From positions 48,221 through 112,220 of the forward strand of contig CAZPFS010000001.1 of NCBI GenBank assembly GCA_964585925.1: a stretch of 64,000 bases of DNA. Direction: 5' to 3'. Shown in pieces: positions 9,196-19,171 of this stretch (the stretch's first letter is position 1; each line of letters begins with the position of its first letter). The DNA comes from an uncultured Syntrophomonadaceae bacterium (GTDB lineage Bacteria; Bacillota; Dethiobacteria; DTU022). Under the pieces are notes generated by a model. The model was not told the origin of the DNA. It worked only from the letters and a program-made list of their open reading frames with translations, and did no database searches. Position numbers and translations under genes: made by a program.

Positions 9196-10266
9196 ATGGC
9201 CCCCTTTGGAGCTGACAGCGACAAAACAGAACAACCTACCCCTCATCGTCTGCGGGAGGCACGACGCAAAGGTCAGGTTTTTAAAAGTGCGGAGATAAAT
9301 GCGGCGGCCAATGTTTTGGGGGTAATGATTGTTTTGATTTCAGTCGGGCCATGGTGGCTCAAACGTTTCCAGTCGATCTTTGCAACTGTCTGTGACCAAC
9401 TGATCGTCCAGAACAGCGGATTTGAACCCGGGTCCATTTTGGCCTGGGGAGCTGTCGGCTATCTGGGGTTGATGGCGCCGGTCTTTGTAACCGCAATGGG
9501 CATCGGGATCGTAGCCAACCTCAGCCAGGTGGGATTTTTATTTACCACTTCTCACCTGGCTCCAAAGCTGGAGCGGATCAATCCCGGCAACGGTCTCAAA
9601 AGAATCCTGTCCCGGCGTTCCCTGTTTGAAATGGTTAAAGCCATAGCAAAAATTTTGATAGTCGGGGTGGTTACTTTCTCCTATTTGCGGGTTAAATTTC
9701 CGGAAACCCTTTTACTGCTAAACCAGGAGGCGGTTTACAGTGTCAGGCTTCTCTGGGGCACTCTTTCCGGGCTGGGCTTGAGGGTAGGGTTCCTATTTGC
9801 CGCCCTGGCATTTCTGGATTATCTTTTTCAGAGGAGGGAACACACAAAAAGCCTGTGGATGACCCGCAAGGAGGTAAAAGAGGAACTCAAGCATCTGGAG
9901 GGTGATCCCCTGATACGTTCAAAAATCAGAGAAAAACAGCGTAAACTGGTCCAGCAAAGCATGATGCACGAGGTCCCTCTGGCGGATGTGGTGATCACCA
10001 ACCCCACGAAAATTGCGGTGGCCCTGCGTTACCGCAAGGAGGAGGACAATGCGCCCCGGGTTGTAGCCAAGGGAACAGGATTAATTGCCGAACGTATCAG
10101 GGATATTGCCGGCGAGAATGAGATCATGCTGGTTGAAAACCCGCCGGTGGCGCAAATGCTTTTCAAGCATACCGAGATCGGGCAGGAAATTCCGGCGGAC
10201 TTGTACCAGGCGGTGGCCGAGATACTGGCCATGGTTTACCGCCTCAAAGGTAAAAATAAATTGTAA
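9196..10266 (+). CDS. flhB: Flagellar export protein FlhB
   Basis: KTEQPTPHRLREARRKGQV, EGDPLIRSKIR, and the NPT(K) autocleavage region. Start moved to ATG 9196, behind an RBS. Confidence 0.95.
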   Translation: MAPFGADSDKTEQPTPHRLREARRKGQVFKSAEINAAANVLGVMIVLISVGPWWLKRFQSIFATVCDQLIVQNSGFEPGSILAWGAVGYLGLMAPVFVTAMGIGIVANLSQVGFLFTTSHLAPKLERINPGNGLKRILSRRSLFEMVKAIAKILIVGVVTFSYLRVKFPETLLLLNQEAVYSVRLLWGTLSGLGLRVGFLFAALAFLDYLFQRREHTKSLWMTRKEVKEELKHLEGDPLIRSKIREKQRKLVQQSMMHEVPLADVVITNPTKIAVALRYRKEEDNAPRVVAKGTGLIAERIRDIAGENEIMLVENPPVAQMLFKHTEIGQEIPADLYQAVAEILAMVYRLKGKNKL

Positions 10267-10316
10267 AAGGGGGTCATGTTATCCCTTCTTCTAACTTCGG
10301 CAAAACTGGGCACTCC

Positions 10317-12374
10317 TTGGGAGTACTGATCTCCGGTAATACCGACATTCTGGCTGCGGCAGCGTTTATAGGGATCGTGGTAATTATAATTTTGCCGTTG
10401 CCGCCGGCCTGGCTGGATATCCTGCTGGTGATCAACATTTCCTTTTCTATAATTACTTTGCTGTTAACCCTGTTTACCACCGATACAAAGGAGCTGAATA
10501 TATTCCCGTCAGTGCTGCTTACAGCCACTTTGTTTCGGCTGGCCTTGAATATTTCTTCCACCAGGCTTATCCTCACCGAGGCGGATGCCGGCAAGGTTAT
10601 TCAGGCATTTGGTCAATATGTGGTCAGCAATAATTATGTGGTTGGGCTGGTGATATTTATCATTATTACGGTGATTCAATTTGTGGTAATCACCAACGGA
10701 GCGGGGAGAATTGCCGAAGTGGCGGCCCGCTTTACCCTGGATGCCCTCCCCGGGAAACAGATGAGCATTGACGCTGATCTAAATGCCGGTCTTATCGATG
10801 AGGATGCAGCCCGCCGAAGAAGGAAAGATCTGCAAAAAGAGGCTGATTTTTTCGGAGCCATGGACGGGGCCAGCAAATTTGTGCGGGGCGATGCCATCGC
10901 CGGAATTATCATTGTGCTGATTAACATTCTGGGAGGCCTGGCGGTAGGTATGCTGCAAAAAGGTTTTTCGGCCCAACAGGCGGTCCAGATATATACCATA
11001 TTGACGGTGGGGGACGGGCTGGTGGCTCAGGTGCCGGCAATCCTTATTTCAACTGCGGCCGGCATGCTGGTTACCAGATCTACTGCCGAGGCTTCCTTTG
11101 GCGAGGAACTGACCGGCCAGTTCCTTTCCTACCCCCGGGTAATCCTGTTGACCGCCGGTGTGCTGTTTTTACTTGGTCTTGTTCCCGGTTTGCCCACATT
11201 CCCCTTTTTAGTGCTTTCGGTCCTATTGGGCTGGATTTCGCTGATTCTGCTTAGGGATCGTAAACAAAAAAAAATTGAGCAGTCCGAAATATCGGCCTCA
11301 ACCCGCCTTTCAGAGGAACCGGAAGACATGTTTTCATTGTTGCGGGTGGAGACGCTGGAAATAGAAATTGGCTACAACTTGATTTCCCTAACTGATGACA
11401 CCGGCGGCGGGAACCTTTTGGAACGAATTACTGCCGCCAGAAGAAAGGCGATCACCGAGCTGGGGGTAGTAATCCAACCTATCCGAATCAGGGACAATTT
11501 GCATCTCCCCCCCAACGATTACCTGTTCAAGCTAAAAGGCAATGAGATCGGACGAGGCCAGTTAAGGACCGGGATGAGCTTGGCGCTGTGCCCCGAAGGC
11601 GAACTGCCGGAGGAACTGGAGGGGATCCCCACCCGGGAGCCGACCTTTAACCTGCCCGCAGTATGGATTGCGGAAAACCAACTGGGCAAGGCCGAGTTAC
11701 TGGGATGTACGGTGGTGGATCCTTCCACGGTATTGATAACCCATCTTTCCGAAATTATAAAGGCTTACGCCCATGAGCTTCTCAGCCGCCAGACGGTAAA
11801 AGAGATGCTGCAGGCACTAAAACAAAAATTTCCGGCGGTGGTGGAAGAGCTGGTACCTGATCTGCTTTCGCTGGGAGAGATTCAGAAGGTGATTCAGAAT
11901 CTGCTTAAAGAGGGAATCCCGGCCCACGACCTGGTTACTATTCTGGAACAATTGGCAGATCAGGCAAGAGCAACCAAAGATATTGACCTGCTTACGGAAA
12001 TGGTCAGGCAATCGCTGAAACGGACCATTACCCGCCTGTACGCTTCTTCAGCAAAATCATTGCCAGCCCTTTCTCTGGATCCGGAACTGGAAAAAGAAAT
12101 GGCCAATTCACTGAAAAATACCAGCAAGGGAATAATCCCGGTAATGGACCCGCTGAAAATAAACAGGTTGGTGACCAATATGGGGAAACTCCTGGAGGAA
12201 TTGGAAATCAAGGGGTCCCCCAGACCCGTAATCCTGACTTCTCCCGCCATCAGATCGCCTTTCAGGCGGATGATCGAGGGTTTTTTCCCCCAGGTGGCCG
12301 TGCTCTCCGTGCATGAAATACTGCCCGAAATAAGGGTTGAATCAGCAGGAGTGATCAGGATAAATGAAGATTAG
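10317..12374 (+). CDS. flhA: Flagellar export protein FlhA
   Basis: FHIPEP motifs: RLALNISSTRLIL, AEVAARFTLDALPGKQMSIDADL, GAMDGASKFVRGDA. Confidence 0.97.
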   Translation: MGVLISGNTDILAAAAFIGIVVIIILPLPPAWLDILLVINISFSIITLLLTLFTTDTKELNIFPSVLLTATLFRLALNISSTRLILTEADAGKVIQAFGQYVVSNNYVVGLVIFIIITVIQFVVITNGAGRIAEVAARFTLDALPGKQMSIDADLNAGLIDEDAARRRRKDLQKEADFFGAMDGASKFVRGDAIAGIIIVLINILGGLAVGMLQKGFSAQQAVQIYTILTVGDGLVAQVPAILISTAAGMLVTRSTAEASFGEELTGQFLSYPRVILLTAGVLFLLGLVPGLPTFPFLVLSVLLGWISLILLRDRKQKKIEQSEISASTRLSEEPEDMFSLLRVETLEIEIGYNLISLTDDTGGGNLLERITAARRKAITELGVVIQPIRIRDNLHLPPNDYLFKLKGNEIGRGQLRTGMSLALCPEGELPEELEGIPTREPTFNLPAVWIAENQLGKAELLGCTVVDPSTVLITHLSEIIKAYAHELLSRQTVKEMLQALKQKFPAVVEELVPDLLSLGEIQKVIQNLLKEGIPAHDLVTILEQLADQARATKDIDLLTEMVRQSLKRTITRLYASSAKSLPALSLDPELEKEMANSLKNTSKGIIPVMDPLKINRLVTNMGKLLEELEIKGSPRPVILTSPAIRSPFRRMIEGFFPQVAVLSVHEILPEIRVESAGVIRINED

Positions 12375-13434
12375 AAAATATTATTCCCGGGACATGGCGG
12401 AAGGGTTCCAGAAAATAAAAAAAGAGCTGGGACCGGAGGCCATAATCCTGCAAACCAGGAACGTCCGCCGGCGGGGCCTGAAGGGCTGGTTTGCGCCCCA
12501 CCAGATAGAGATAATTGCTGCTCTTGATTCACGGGGGATGCCCCCGAAAAATCAGGATCATGCGGTGGAGACCGGAAAAATGGAATCGGAGCTAAATGAG
12601 CTCAAAACTATGGTCAAAATGCTGATGAAAGAAAACTCCCGCCAGGAGCCTGCCGGTAATCCGGGCGGCGAAGATAAAGGAGACTGCTGGCGCAGTTATC
12701 TCCAGCACCATGATGTTGATCCGGCAATCATCGATGAAATGGTGGCGCAGGTGGCGGCAAAATGTGAAGGGACCACGGCAAGCAAGGAGATGCAGGCCAC
12801 TTTATTACAGGAACAGATCACGGCGAGGATCCCGGCAGCCGAAGAAAGAACAAATCGCACTATTGTTCTTATCGGCCCTACTGGTGTGGGCAAAACCACT
12901 ACCCTGGCGAAACTGGCTGCCAGATATTCGATTCAATGTCGGGAAAAGGTAGGCCTGGTGACCATAGATCAATTTCGGATCGGAGCGGTGGATCAGCTTT
13001 CGGCTTATGCGGAAATAATTGATCTTCCCCTGAAGGTGGCGTTTTCCCCTGAGGACCTGGCTCAAGCCATAGACGGGCTTAAGGACTGTGACCGGATACT
13101 GGTGGACACCGCCGGAAGGGCAACCGGCAACCTTGCTCAAACTAATGAACTTTTGAATTATATTGAGGTGCTCCTGCCGGCGGAGGTTCACCTGGTAATC
13201 AGTGCCACTACCCGCTGGCAGGATATCAGGTTTATCACCGACAGTTTTTCAAGATTGCATTATAACCGCCTGTTGGTTACCAAGCTCGATGAAACCTCCT
13301 CCTATGGGGCGATCCTGAATGGGGCCTACCATGCCGGCCAGCCTCTGGTATATATGACCGACGGGCAAAGCGTGCCTGATGATTTGAAATTGGCCCGGGA
13401 GAACAATTTTGCCGGGTATTTCTGGGGGGAGTAA
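12364..13434 (+). CDS. flhF: SRP-family GTPase FlhF
   Basis: GPTGVGKTTT, DTAGR, TKLDE, GQSVPDD. Confidence 0.95.
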   Translation: MKIRKYYSRDMAEGFQKIKKELGPEAIILQTRNVRRRGLKGWFAPHQIEIIAALDSRGMPPKNQDHAVETGKMESELNELKTMVKMLMKENSRQEPAGNPGGEDKGDCWRSYLQHHDVDPAIIDEMVAQVAAKCEGTTASKEMQATLLQEQITARIPAAEERTNRTIVLIGPTGVGKTTTLAKLAARYSIQCREKVGLVTIDQFRIGAVDQLSAYAEIIDLPLKVAFSPEDLAQAIDGLKDCDRILVDTAGRATGNLAQTNELLNYIEVLLPAEVHLVISATTRWQDIRFITDSFSRLHYNRLLVTKLDETSSYGAILNGAYHAGQPLVYMTDGQSVPDDLKLARENNFAGYFWGE

Positions 13435-13435
13435 A

Positions 13436-14329
13436 ATGATCCGGGATCAGGCTGAAATATTGCGGGCAGTGGTTCGTAAAGATTCTGCGGAGGTTACCAA
13501 AGAAAAAAGGCCGGCCCGGAGCCGTATAATTGCCGTTGCCAGTGGTAAAGGGGGGGTGGGCAAAACAAATTTGGTATTGAACCTGGCCTTGAAATTGATC
13601 CAGATGAACTGCCAAGTGCTGGTTTTTGACGCCGATCTCGGGCTGGGGAACCTGGATATTTTGATCAATGCCGTTCCGGAGTATACTCTGAAGGATGTTG
13701 TTTCCGGAGAACGGGATATACAGGAGATCATGGTGAACGGCCCCTGTAACTTGAAAATAATTCCCGGAGGCTCGGGACTTTTTGATCTGGCCAACCTGGA
13801 TCTGGCCCGCCGCCGCCGGCTGATAAATAAATTACAGTATTTGGAACATGAAGGGGAAATCATCATTCTGGATACTTCTGCCGGGATTTCCCGCAGTGTT
13901 ATTGATTTTATCAGGGTTGCCGATGAGTTTATTGTGGTAACCACCCCTGAACCGGCTGCGCTTACCGATGCTTATGGGATGTTCAAAATAGTGGCCGAGC
14001 AGGGTTTGCATCAAACCGGTTACGTAGTGGTGAACTTTACCAGGCACCCTCAGCAGGGCGAGATCATATTTCTGCGTCTGCAAAAGATAGTACACGCCTT
14101 TTTGCCGGATTTCAAGCTGCGCTATCTCGGCAATATCGGCTATGATCCGGCGGTATCGAAAGCGGTTCAGAATTTTTCTCCGTTTATATTGGGCTATCCC
14201 GAGAGTGAAGCTGCCGCTTCCATCAGCCGGATTGCCTGGCGTCTCCTGTCCAATCAGGGTTTTCAGCCGCCAACAATTCCGGACAGGCCGGGTTTTATCG
14301 AGCGTTTAAGATCAATATTCCTGAAATGA
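13436..14329 (+). CDS. flhG: MinD-like flagellar number regulator FlhG/FleN
   Basis: SGKGGVGKT, DADLGLGN, TTPEPAALTDAY; follows flhF. Start at ATG 13436. Confidence 0.92.
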   Translation: MIRDQAEILRAVVRKDSAEVTKEKRPARSRIIAVASGKGGVGKTNLVLNLALKLIQMNCQVLVFDADLGLGNLDILINAVPEYTLKDVVSGERDIQEIMVNGPCNLKIIPGGSGLFDLANLDLARRRRLINKLQYLEHEGEIIILDTSAGISRSVIDFIRVADEFIVVTTPEPAALTDAYGMFKIVAEQGLHQTGYVVVNFTRHPQQGEIIFLRLQKIVHAFLPDFKLRYLGNIGYDPAVSKAVQNFSPFILGYPESEAAASISRIAWRLLSNQGFQPPTIPDRPGFIERLRSIFLK

Positions 14330-14345
14330 GGAAGGTTGGTTTGCG

Positions 14346-15029
14346 ATGAAAAATCAACTAAAACCGGGTGCGCAACTGCAATTGTTCAATAAACAGGATC
14401 ATCTTTGCTATACTGCCGGGATCAAGAAAATAGGGAAATACTCTTTTACTATCTACGCCCCGGTATGTGAGGATTGCAGGCTCATCCTGCCTCCGGGCAG
14501 CTGGTGGCCGGCTCGCCTGATCGGTACGGACGCCCTGTACTGTTTTTTCGCCCAGGTGCTGGAAATCAATAGGGATCCGCTACTTAATTATGTGATATGC
14601 AGCCCCCAAGAGGTGCGCAGGTGTCAGCGAAGAAAATATTTCAGGCTTTCCTGTATCCAGAATGTAACTTATTGGAAAAACGGCGAGGGGCCTGATTGGG
14701 GCAAAAATGTGGCGGCAGGAATAAAGCGTTGCGAATCTATAGGCTCAGGAAACCAGGCGGTGGCTATAGATCTTTCGGGGGGCGGTTTGAGTATGGTTTG
14801 CCAGGAATTTATTCCCCGGCAAACCAGACTGTTACTGGAAATAGCCCTGAGCAAAGGGAAAGAACGACACCGACTGGAGGGAATAGTAGTAAGGTCAACT
14901 CCCCTAAATTATATTTCACGCAAAAGATACCGGGTGGGAGTGGCATTCAATGCCATAAGCTCGGGCAGAAGGGAAAGAATAATTCGTTATCTGTTTGCAG
15001 CAATGAGAAAAAGGATAAACAATGGCTGA
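14346..15029 (+). CDS. PilZ-domain flagellar brake (YcgR-like)
   Basis: c-di-GMP-binding motifs QRRKYFR and DLSGGG, with a YcgR-type N-terminal region. Confidence 0.88.
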   Translation: MKNQLKPGAQLQLFNKQDHLCYTAGIKKIGKYSFTIYAPVCEDCRLILPPGSWWPARLIGTDALYCFFAQVLEINRDPLLNYVICSPQEVRRCQRRKYFRLSCIQNVTYWKNGEGPDWGKNVAAGIKRCESIGSGNQAVAIDLSGGGLSMVCQEFIPRQTRLLLEIALSKGKERHRLEGIVVRSTPLNYISRKRYRVGVAFNAISSGRRERIIRYLFAAMRKRINNG

Positions 15030-15063
15030 TCCTGGGGCAGCATATGGGAAAGGATGAGGGTCA

Positions 15064-15813
15064 ATGCTTGATGGAAATGTCAGGCAAAGCTATACAGCTT
15101 GTGCCGATTCTCAGTCCAGGGAGGACCTGGTGATATCTTATCTTCCTTTAATCAGGAAAATGGCTGGAAAGCTGAACATTGCCTTGCCGGCATCCCTGGA
15201 CAAGAGCGACCTGATAGGCAGTGGAATAATAGGCCTGCTGGAAGCCTGTGAGCGATACCAGCCCTCCAGGGGGGTAAAATTTTCTTCCTATGCCATGCTT
15301 CGGATCAAGGGGGCGATGATCGATGAGATCCGCAAGGTAAGTCTGGCCCCTCGTTCTTTCTTTTCCAGATTGCGACAGATCCAGGAAGCGACGGAGAATC
15401 TACGTCTGGGTTTGGATCGTGAACCCACTACCGGTGAAATTGCCGCCCATCTGGGGTGGCTGGAAACAACGGTCCATCGGGTGTGGTCGCAATATAACTT
15501 GCTTGCAATTACCTCCTTGGAAACAGTGCTGTTTGGGGAAATGGGAGAAACCGGTTGCACCCTGGGAGAGGTCATTCCCGCCGACAGAGATGCTCCCGAG
15601 CAGGCGCTGCTTAGGAAAGAGCGCTGTCACCTTCTGTCAGAAGCGCTGGCCAAACTCCCCGAACGGGAAAAGTTGTTGTTGTCATTGTATTACCATGAGG
15701 ATTTGACCCAGAAAGAAATCGCGCAGATCATGAATATTTCTACGGTCCGGGTTTCACAGATACATGCCCGGGCAATTCAGCGCCTACAGGTGATGCTGGC
15801 CGGCAAACTTTAG
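15064..15813 (+). CDS. fliA: RNA polymerase sigma-28 factor FliA/SigD
   Basis: DLIGSGIIGLLEA, RIKGAMIDEIRK, and region 4 LTQKEIAQIMNISTVRVSQIH. Confidence 0.92.
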   Translation: MLDGNVRQSYTACADSQSREDLVISYLPLIRKMAGKLNIALPASLDKSDLIGSGIIGLLEACERYQPSRGVKFSSYAMLRIKGAMIDEIRKVSLAPRSFFSRLRQIQEATENLRLGLDREPTTGEIAAHLGWLETTVHRVWSQYNLLAITSLETVLFGEMGETGCTLGEVIPADRDAPEQALLRKERCHLLSEALAKLPEREKLLLSLYYHEDLTQKEIAQIMNISTVRVSQIHARAIQRLQVMLAGKL

Positions 15814-15824
15814 GAGGAAAAACA

Positions 15825-16217
15825 ATGATCAGGTACCTGGCGGGTTTTATACTGGGGTCTGTTGCCAGCTGGTTCTGGTTTTGCAAACTTAACCCCCATC
15901 GCGAATTCGGGCAGTTGTTGCACCGGGAGATAGACCGGGGCGCTTCACAGGAATGGGCGCGCCAATTGGAAAACCGGATGAAAGATCTGGAACAGCTATC
16001 CCGCAGGCTGGAAGAAATTATTTCTGTTGATCCAGGGAGAACTGCCGGAACAGCCAAAGCGAATAAGCGTTCCCGCCCGGAAAACCACCGGGGGCAGGTG
16101 ATCCGATTGTGGGAGGGCGGTTGCAGCCCGGAAGAAATTACCCGTACAACCGGCCTGGCGGTAGGGGAGGTGAAACTGATCTTATCGCTGAAGGATCATC
16201 AGTGCAAAAAAAGGTGA
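15825..16217 (+). CDS. Membrane-anchored protein with C-terminal HTH-like motif (DUF2802/DUF6115-like)
   Basis: N-terminal TM, coiled coil, and SPEEITRTTGLAVGEVKLILSL; typical gene downstream of fliA in Bacillota. Confidence 0.65.
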   Translation: MIRYLAGFILGSVASWFWFCKLNPHREFGQLLHREIDRGASQEWARQLENRMKDLEQLSRRLEEIISVDPGRTAGTAKANKRSRPENHRGQVIRLWEGGCSPEEITRTTGLAVGEVKLILSLKDHQCKKR

Positions 16218-16246
16218 GGGAAAAAATTCATTAAGGAGGTTTTGCC

Positions 16247-17002
16247 ATGCGGGGATTATATCTGGCAGAGGCAACCATGTTGGCCCAGCAGGCCCGGTTG
16301 GATCTAATCAGCCAAAATATATCCAACCAGAGGACCGCCGGTTATAAAAGAGATGAACCGGCCCAGATCAGTTTTGGGGAATGTTTAATCAGTTGCCGGA
16401 AATCCATGGAGAATATGCATATTGCCAATTCTCAACCAGTGGGAAGTATAGCTCACAGCGTGGCCATAAGGGAGGTCCGAACCGATTTAAGCCCCGGAGC
16501 GATTATGGAAACCGGCCGGGAACTGGATTTTGCCCTGGACAGTGGTTATTTTACCATTCAAGGCGAAAATGGACTGTTATATACTCGTAACGGCCGGTTT
16601 TTCCTGGATCCGGAAGGCAATCTGGTTACTGCCGATAACCTGCCGGTACTGGGGGAAAGCGGCATAATTCAGTTGGAGAGTTCGGGGATAACGGTGGACA
16701 AGGAAGGCATGATTTACTGCCAGGGCAAACAGGTGGACTGCCTGTTGATAACCAATTTTTCACCGGAGGCAACCCTGGTCAAGACGGGATACAATTATTT
16801 CCGAACATTGGGCGAAGCGGAAACCGAAGAAAAAGAAAACAAAATTTACTGGCGATGTCTGGAGGGCTCAAATGTGGATTTGACCCGTGAAATGGTTTCC
16901 CTGCTGGAAGTAAGGCGTAACTATGAAGCGGCTCAAAAAATGATGACTACCTACGACCAACTCCTTAGCCGGGCGGCCAATGATCTGGGTGCATTAAGTT
17001 AG
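16247..17002 (+). CDS. flgF: Flagellar rod protein FlgF/FlhO-like
   Basis: ISQNISNQRTAGYK, YTRNGRF, LEGSNVDLTREMV. Confidence 0.82.
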   Translation: MRGLYLAEATMLAQQARLDLISQNISNQRTAGYKRDEPAQISFGECLISCRKSMENMHIANSQPVGSIAHSVAIREVRTDLSPGAIMETGRELDFALDSGYFTIQGENGLLYTRNGRFFLDPEGNLVTADNLPVLGESGIIQLESSGITVDKEGMIYCQGKQVDCLLITNFSPEATLVKTGYNYFRTLGEAETEEKENKIYWRCLEGSNVDLTREMVSLLEVRRNYEAAQKMMTTYDQLLSRAANDLGALS

Positions 17003-17039
17003 TTTATGAAATGCCGATACTATGGGAAGGGGTGAAATA

Positions 17040-17813
17040 ATGATCCGCGCTATTTACAACAGCTGGTCCGGTATTGCCGCCTGTCAGAGAAGTGTGGAAC
17101 TGACCGCGCATAATATGGCCAATCTCAATACCCCGGCCTACAAGAGGTCGGAGATGGTGTTTGGAGATATGCTCTATCACGAATTTCACCAGCGGCGTTT
17201 TCCCACTTCTGCCGAACAGGACCTTCTAGTCGGTCAAGGGGTTCAACTATTGGCCAGGGCTCCGTTTCTGGAGCAGGGAACCCTGCTTTATGGAGAACGC
17301 CCCCTGGATCTGGCTATCGAGGGTGACGGCTATTTCCGACTTTTAGGCCATGGTGAGGGTGAACTGTATACCCGGTGCGGCAGTTTCCAAGTGGATGAAT
17401 CAGGCAAGTTGGTCACTTGTAACGGCGATTATCTGGACACGGCGGTTACCTTGGAAAGGGGAGCCATTGATTTGACCATTGGTCCTGACGGAAAGATAAC
17501 CGCAACCGGTGAAAATGGGGAGACGGTGGAACTGGGCCAATTGAGATTGTATCGCTTCCCAAATCCCTATGGATTGACAGAGGTGGGGAGCGGCTGTTAC
17601 ATGGCAAATGAAGCGTCAGGGGATCCGCGGGAAGGGATCCCGGGTGAAAACGGTTTTGGCCGAATTCGCCAGTACTATCTGGAAATGTCCAATGCCGATA
17701 TAAGGGCAGAAATGGTGGATTTGCTGATCGCTCAGCGGACTTTACAGGCCAATGTCAGAAGTCTCGTCACCGCTGATGAGCTGCAAGCATTGACCCTGCA
17801 GGTAAAGATTTAA
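17040..17813 (+). CDS. flgG: Flagellar distal rod protein FlgG/FlhP-like
   Basis: AHNMANLNTPAYK, LAIEGDGYF, LEMSNADIRAEMVDLLIAQR. Confidence 0.85.
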   Translation: MIRAIYNSWSGIAACQRSVELTAHNMANLNTPAYKRSEMVFGDMLYHEFHQRRFPTSAEQDLLVGQGVQLLARAPFLEQGTLLYGERPLDLAIEGDGYFRLLGHGEGELYTRCGSFQVDESGKLVTCNGDYLDTAVTLERGAIDLTIGPDGKITATGENGETVELGQLRLYRFPNPYGLTEVGSGCYMANEASGDPREGIPGENGFGRIRQYYLEMSNADIRAEMVDLLIAQRTLQANVRSLVTADELQALTLQVKI

Positions 17814-17828
17814 CAGGGGGAAAAAGAT

Positions 17829-18821
17829 TTGGCAAAGGATACGCTGACTCAATCCGAAATAGACTCTTTGATCTCCGCTATATCCTCCGGGAATATTGAG
17901 AAGAAAGCTGCTCAGGGGCAAGAGGAATTTACGGTTTATGATTTCCGGCGTCCCACTAAATTTACCAAGGAGCAGTTAAAAACCATGCACATTATTCATG
18001 ACAATTATTCCCGGATGATGGGCAATTTTTTAACGGCCTTTTTGAGAGTTCCCGTGAAATTGGAAGTAGTATCGGTTGCCCAGGTTACTTACGAGGAATT
18101 TGTCTATTCTTTGCCCATACCTACCCTGATGACCATATTCAATATTTCTCCGGATCTGGGTATAGCCATGCTGGAGACGAATCCGGCCTTTGTTTTTACC
18201 CTGATTGACCTGCTGTTTGGCGGGGAGGGCAAACCTCCCGGGAGGATCAGGGAATTTACCGAAATCGAACTTTCGGTAATGAAACAAATTGTTGAACGCT
18301 TTCTGGATAATTTAAGCTATGCCTGGAAGGGAATAGTTCCACTGTCTCCACAAATAGACAGTATGGATACCAACCCCCAATTCAATCAGGTGATATCTTC
18401 GAGTGAAACTGTGGCCCTGGTTACCATATCGGCGCTGGTGAAAGAAACACAGGGTTTTATCAATCTGTGTTTTCCGTACATGACTCTGGACCGGGTATTG
18501 CAAAATTTGACCGCTCAGCAATGGTTCAACCAGTTCCAGCAGATTCCGGAAAAAATTGAAACGGGCAACATCGAAAAAAGCCTCAAAATGGCGGAGGTGG
18601 AAGCAGCGGTAGTTTTAGGGAGGGCCGTAATTACCCTTGATGATTATTTTCAACTTCAGGAGGGCGACGTTATCCCCCTGCGGCGGAAGAGCGGAGATCC
18701 GATGGAGGTGCTGGTGGAAAAGAGCCCGGTATTTATAGCCCAACCTGGATTAGAGGGACAGCATTTGGCGGTTCAAATTACAGACTGGATCTGTGAAGGG
18801 GGAGAAGGAAATAGATCGTAA
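17829..18821 (+). CDS. fliM: Flagellar motor switch protein FliM
   Basis: N-terminal CheY-binding LTQSEIDSLI, YDFRRP, and a C-terminal SpoA domain. Confidence 0.96.
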   Translation: MAKDTLTQSEIDSLISAISSGNIEKKAAQGQEEFTVYDFRRPTKFTKEQLKTMHIIHDNYSRMMGNFLTAFLRVPVKLEVVSVAQVTYEEFVYSLPIPTLMTIFNISPDLGIAMLETNPAFVFTLIDLLFGGEGKPPGRIREFTEIELSVMKQIVERFLDNLSYAWKGIVPLSPQIDSMDTNPQFNQVISSSETVALVTISALVKETQGFINLCFPYMTLDRVLQNLTAQQWFNQFQQIPEKIETGNIEKSLKMAEVEAAVVLGRAVITLDDYFQLQEGDVIPLRRKSGDPMEVLVEKSPVFIAQPGLEGQHLAVQITDWICEGGEGNRS

Positions 18822-19152
18822 CCTTTTTTCCAGGGAGGAATTGAAAGCGCTGCTCGGTCCTGAAAACTGGAACCGGGAGACGGATGAGCAATCTTCAAAA
18901 CTCAAGATAGTGCTTGATTTTCCACTGGAGGTGGCGGTTCGGTTGGGAAACAGCACCAGGAGTGTGGGAGAACTCTTACAGCTTGCTGTGGGCTCAGTTA
19001 TCGAGCTGGACCGGGAAATAAGCGAGCCGGCAGATTTGATCATAAACGGGCAAACCATAGCCAAAGGCAAGATCGTAATTATCGGTGAGAATTTTGGGGT
19101 GAAGATCAATTCGATTCTCAAGCCGGTGGAAAGAATTGAACAACTGCGATAG
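18793..19152 (+). CDS. fliN: Flagellar motor switch protein FliN (copy 2)
   Basis: SpoA domain (LDFPLEVAVRLG...IAKGKIVIIGENFGVKI); overlaps the 3' end of fliM. Confidence 0.8.
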   Translation: MKGEKEIDRNLFSREELKALLGPENWNRETDEQSSKLKIVLDFPLEVAVRLGNSTRSVGELLQLAVGSVIELDREISEPADLIINGQTIAKGKIVIIGENFGVKINSILKPVERIEQLR

Positions 19153-19171
19153 CCGGGGGGGGTAACCCATA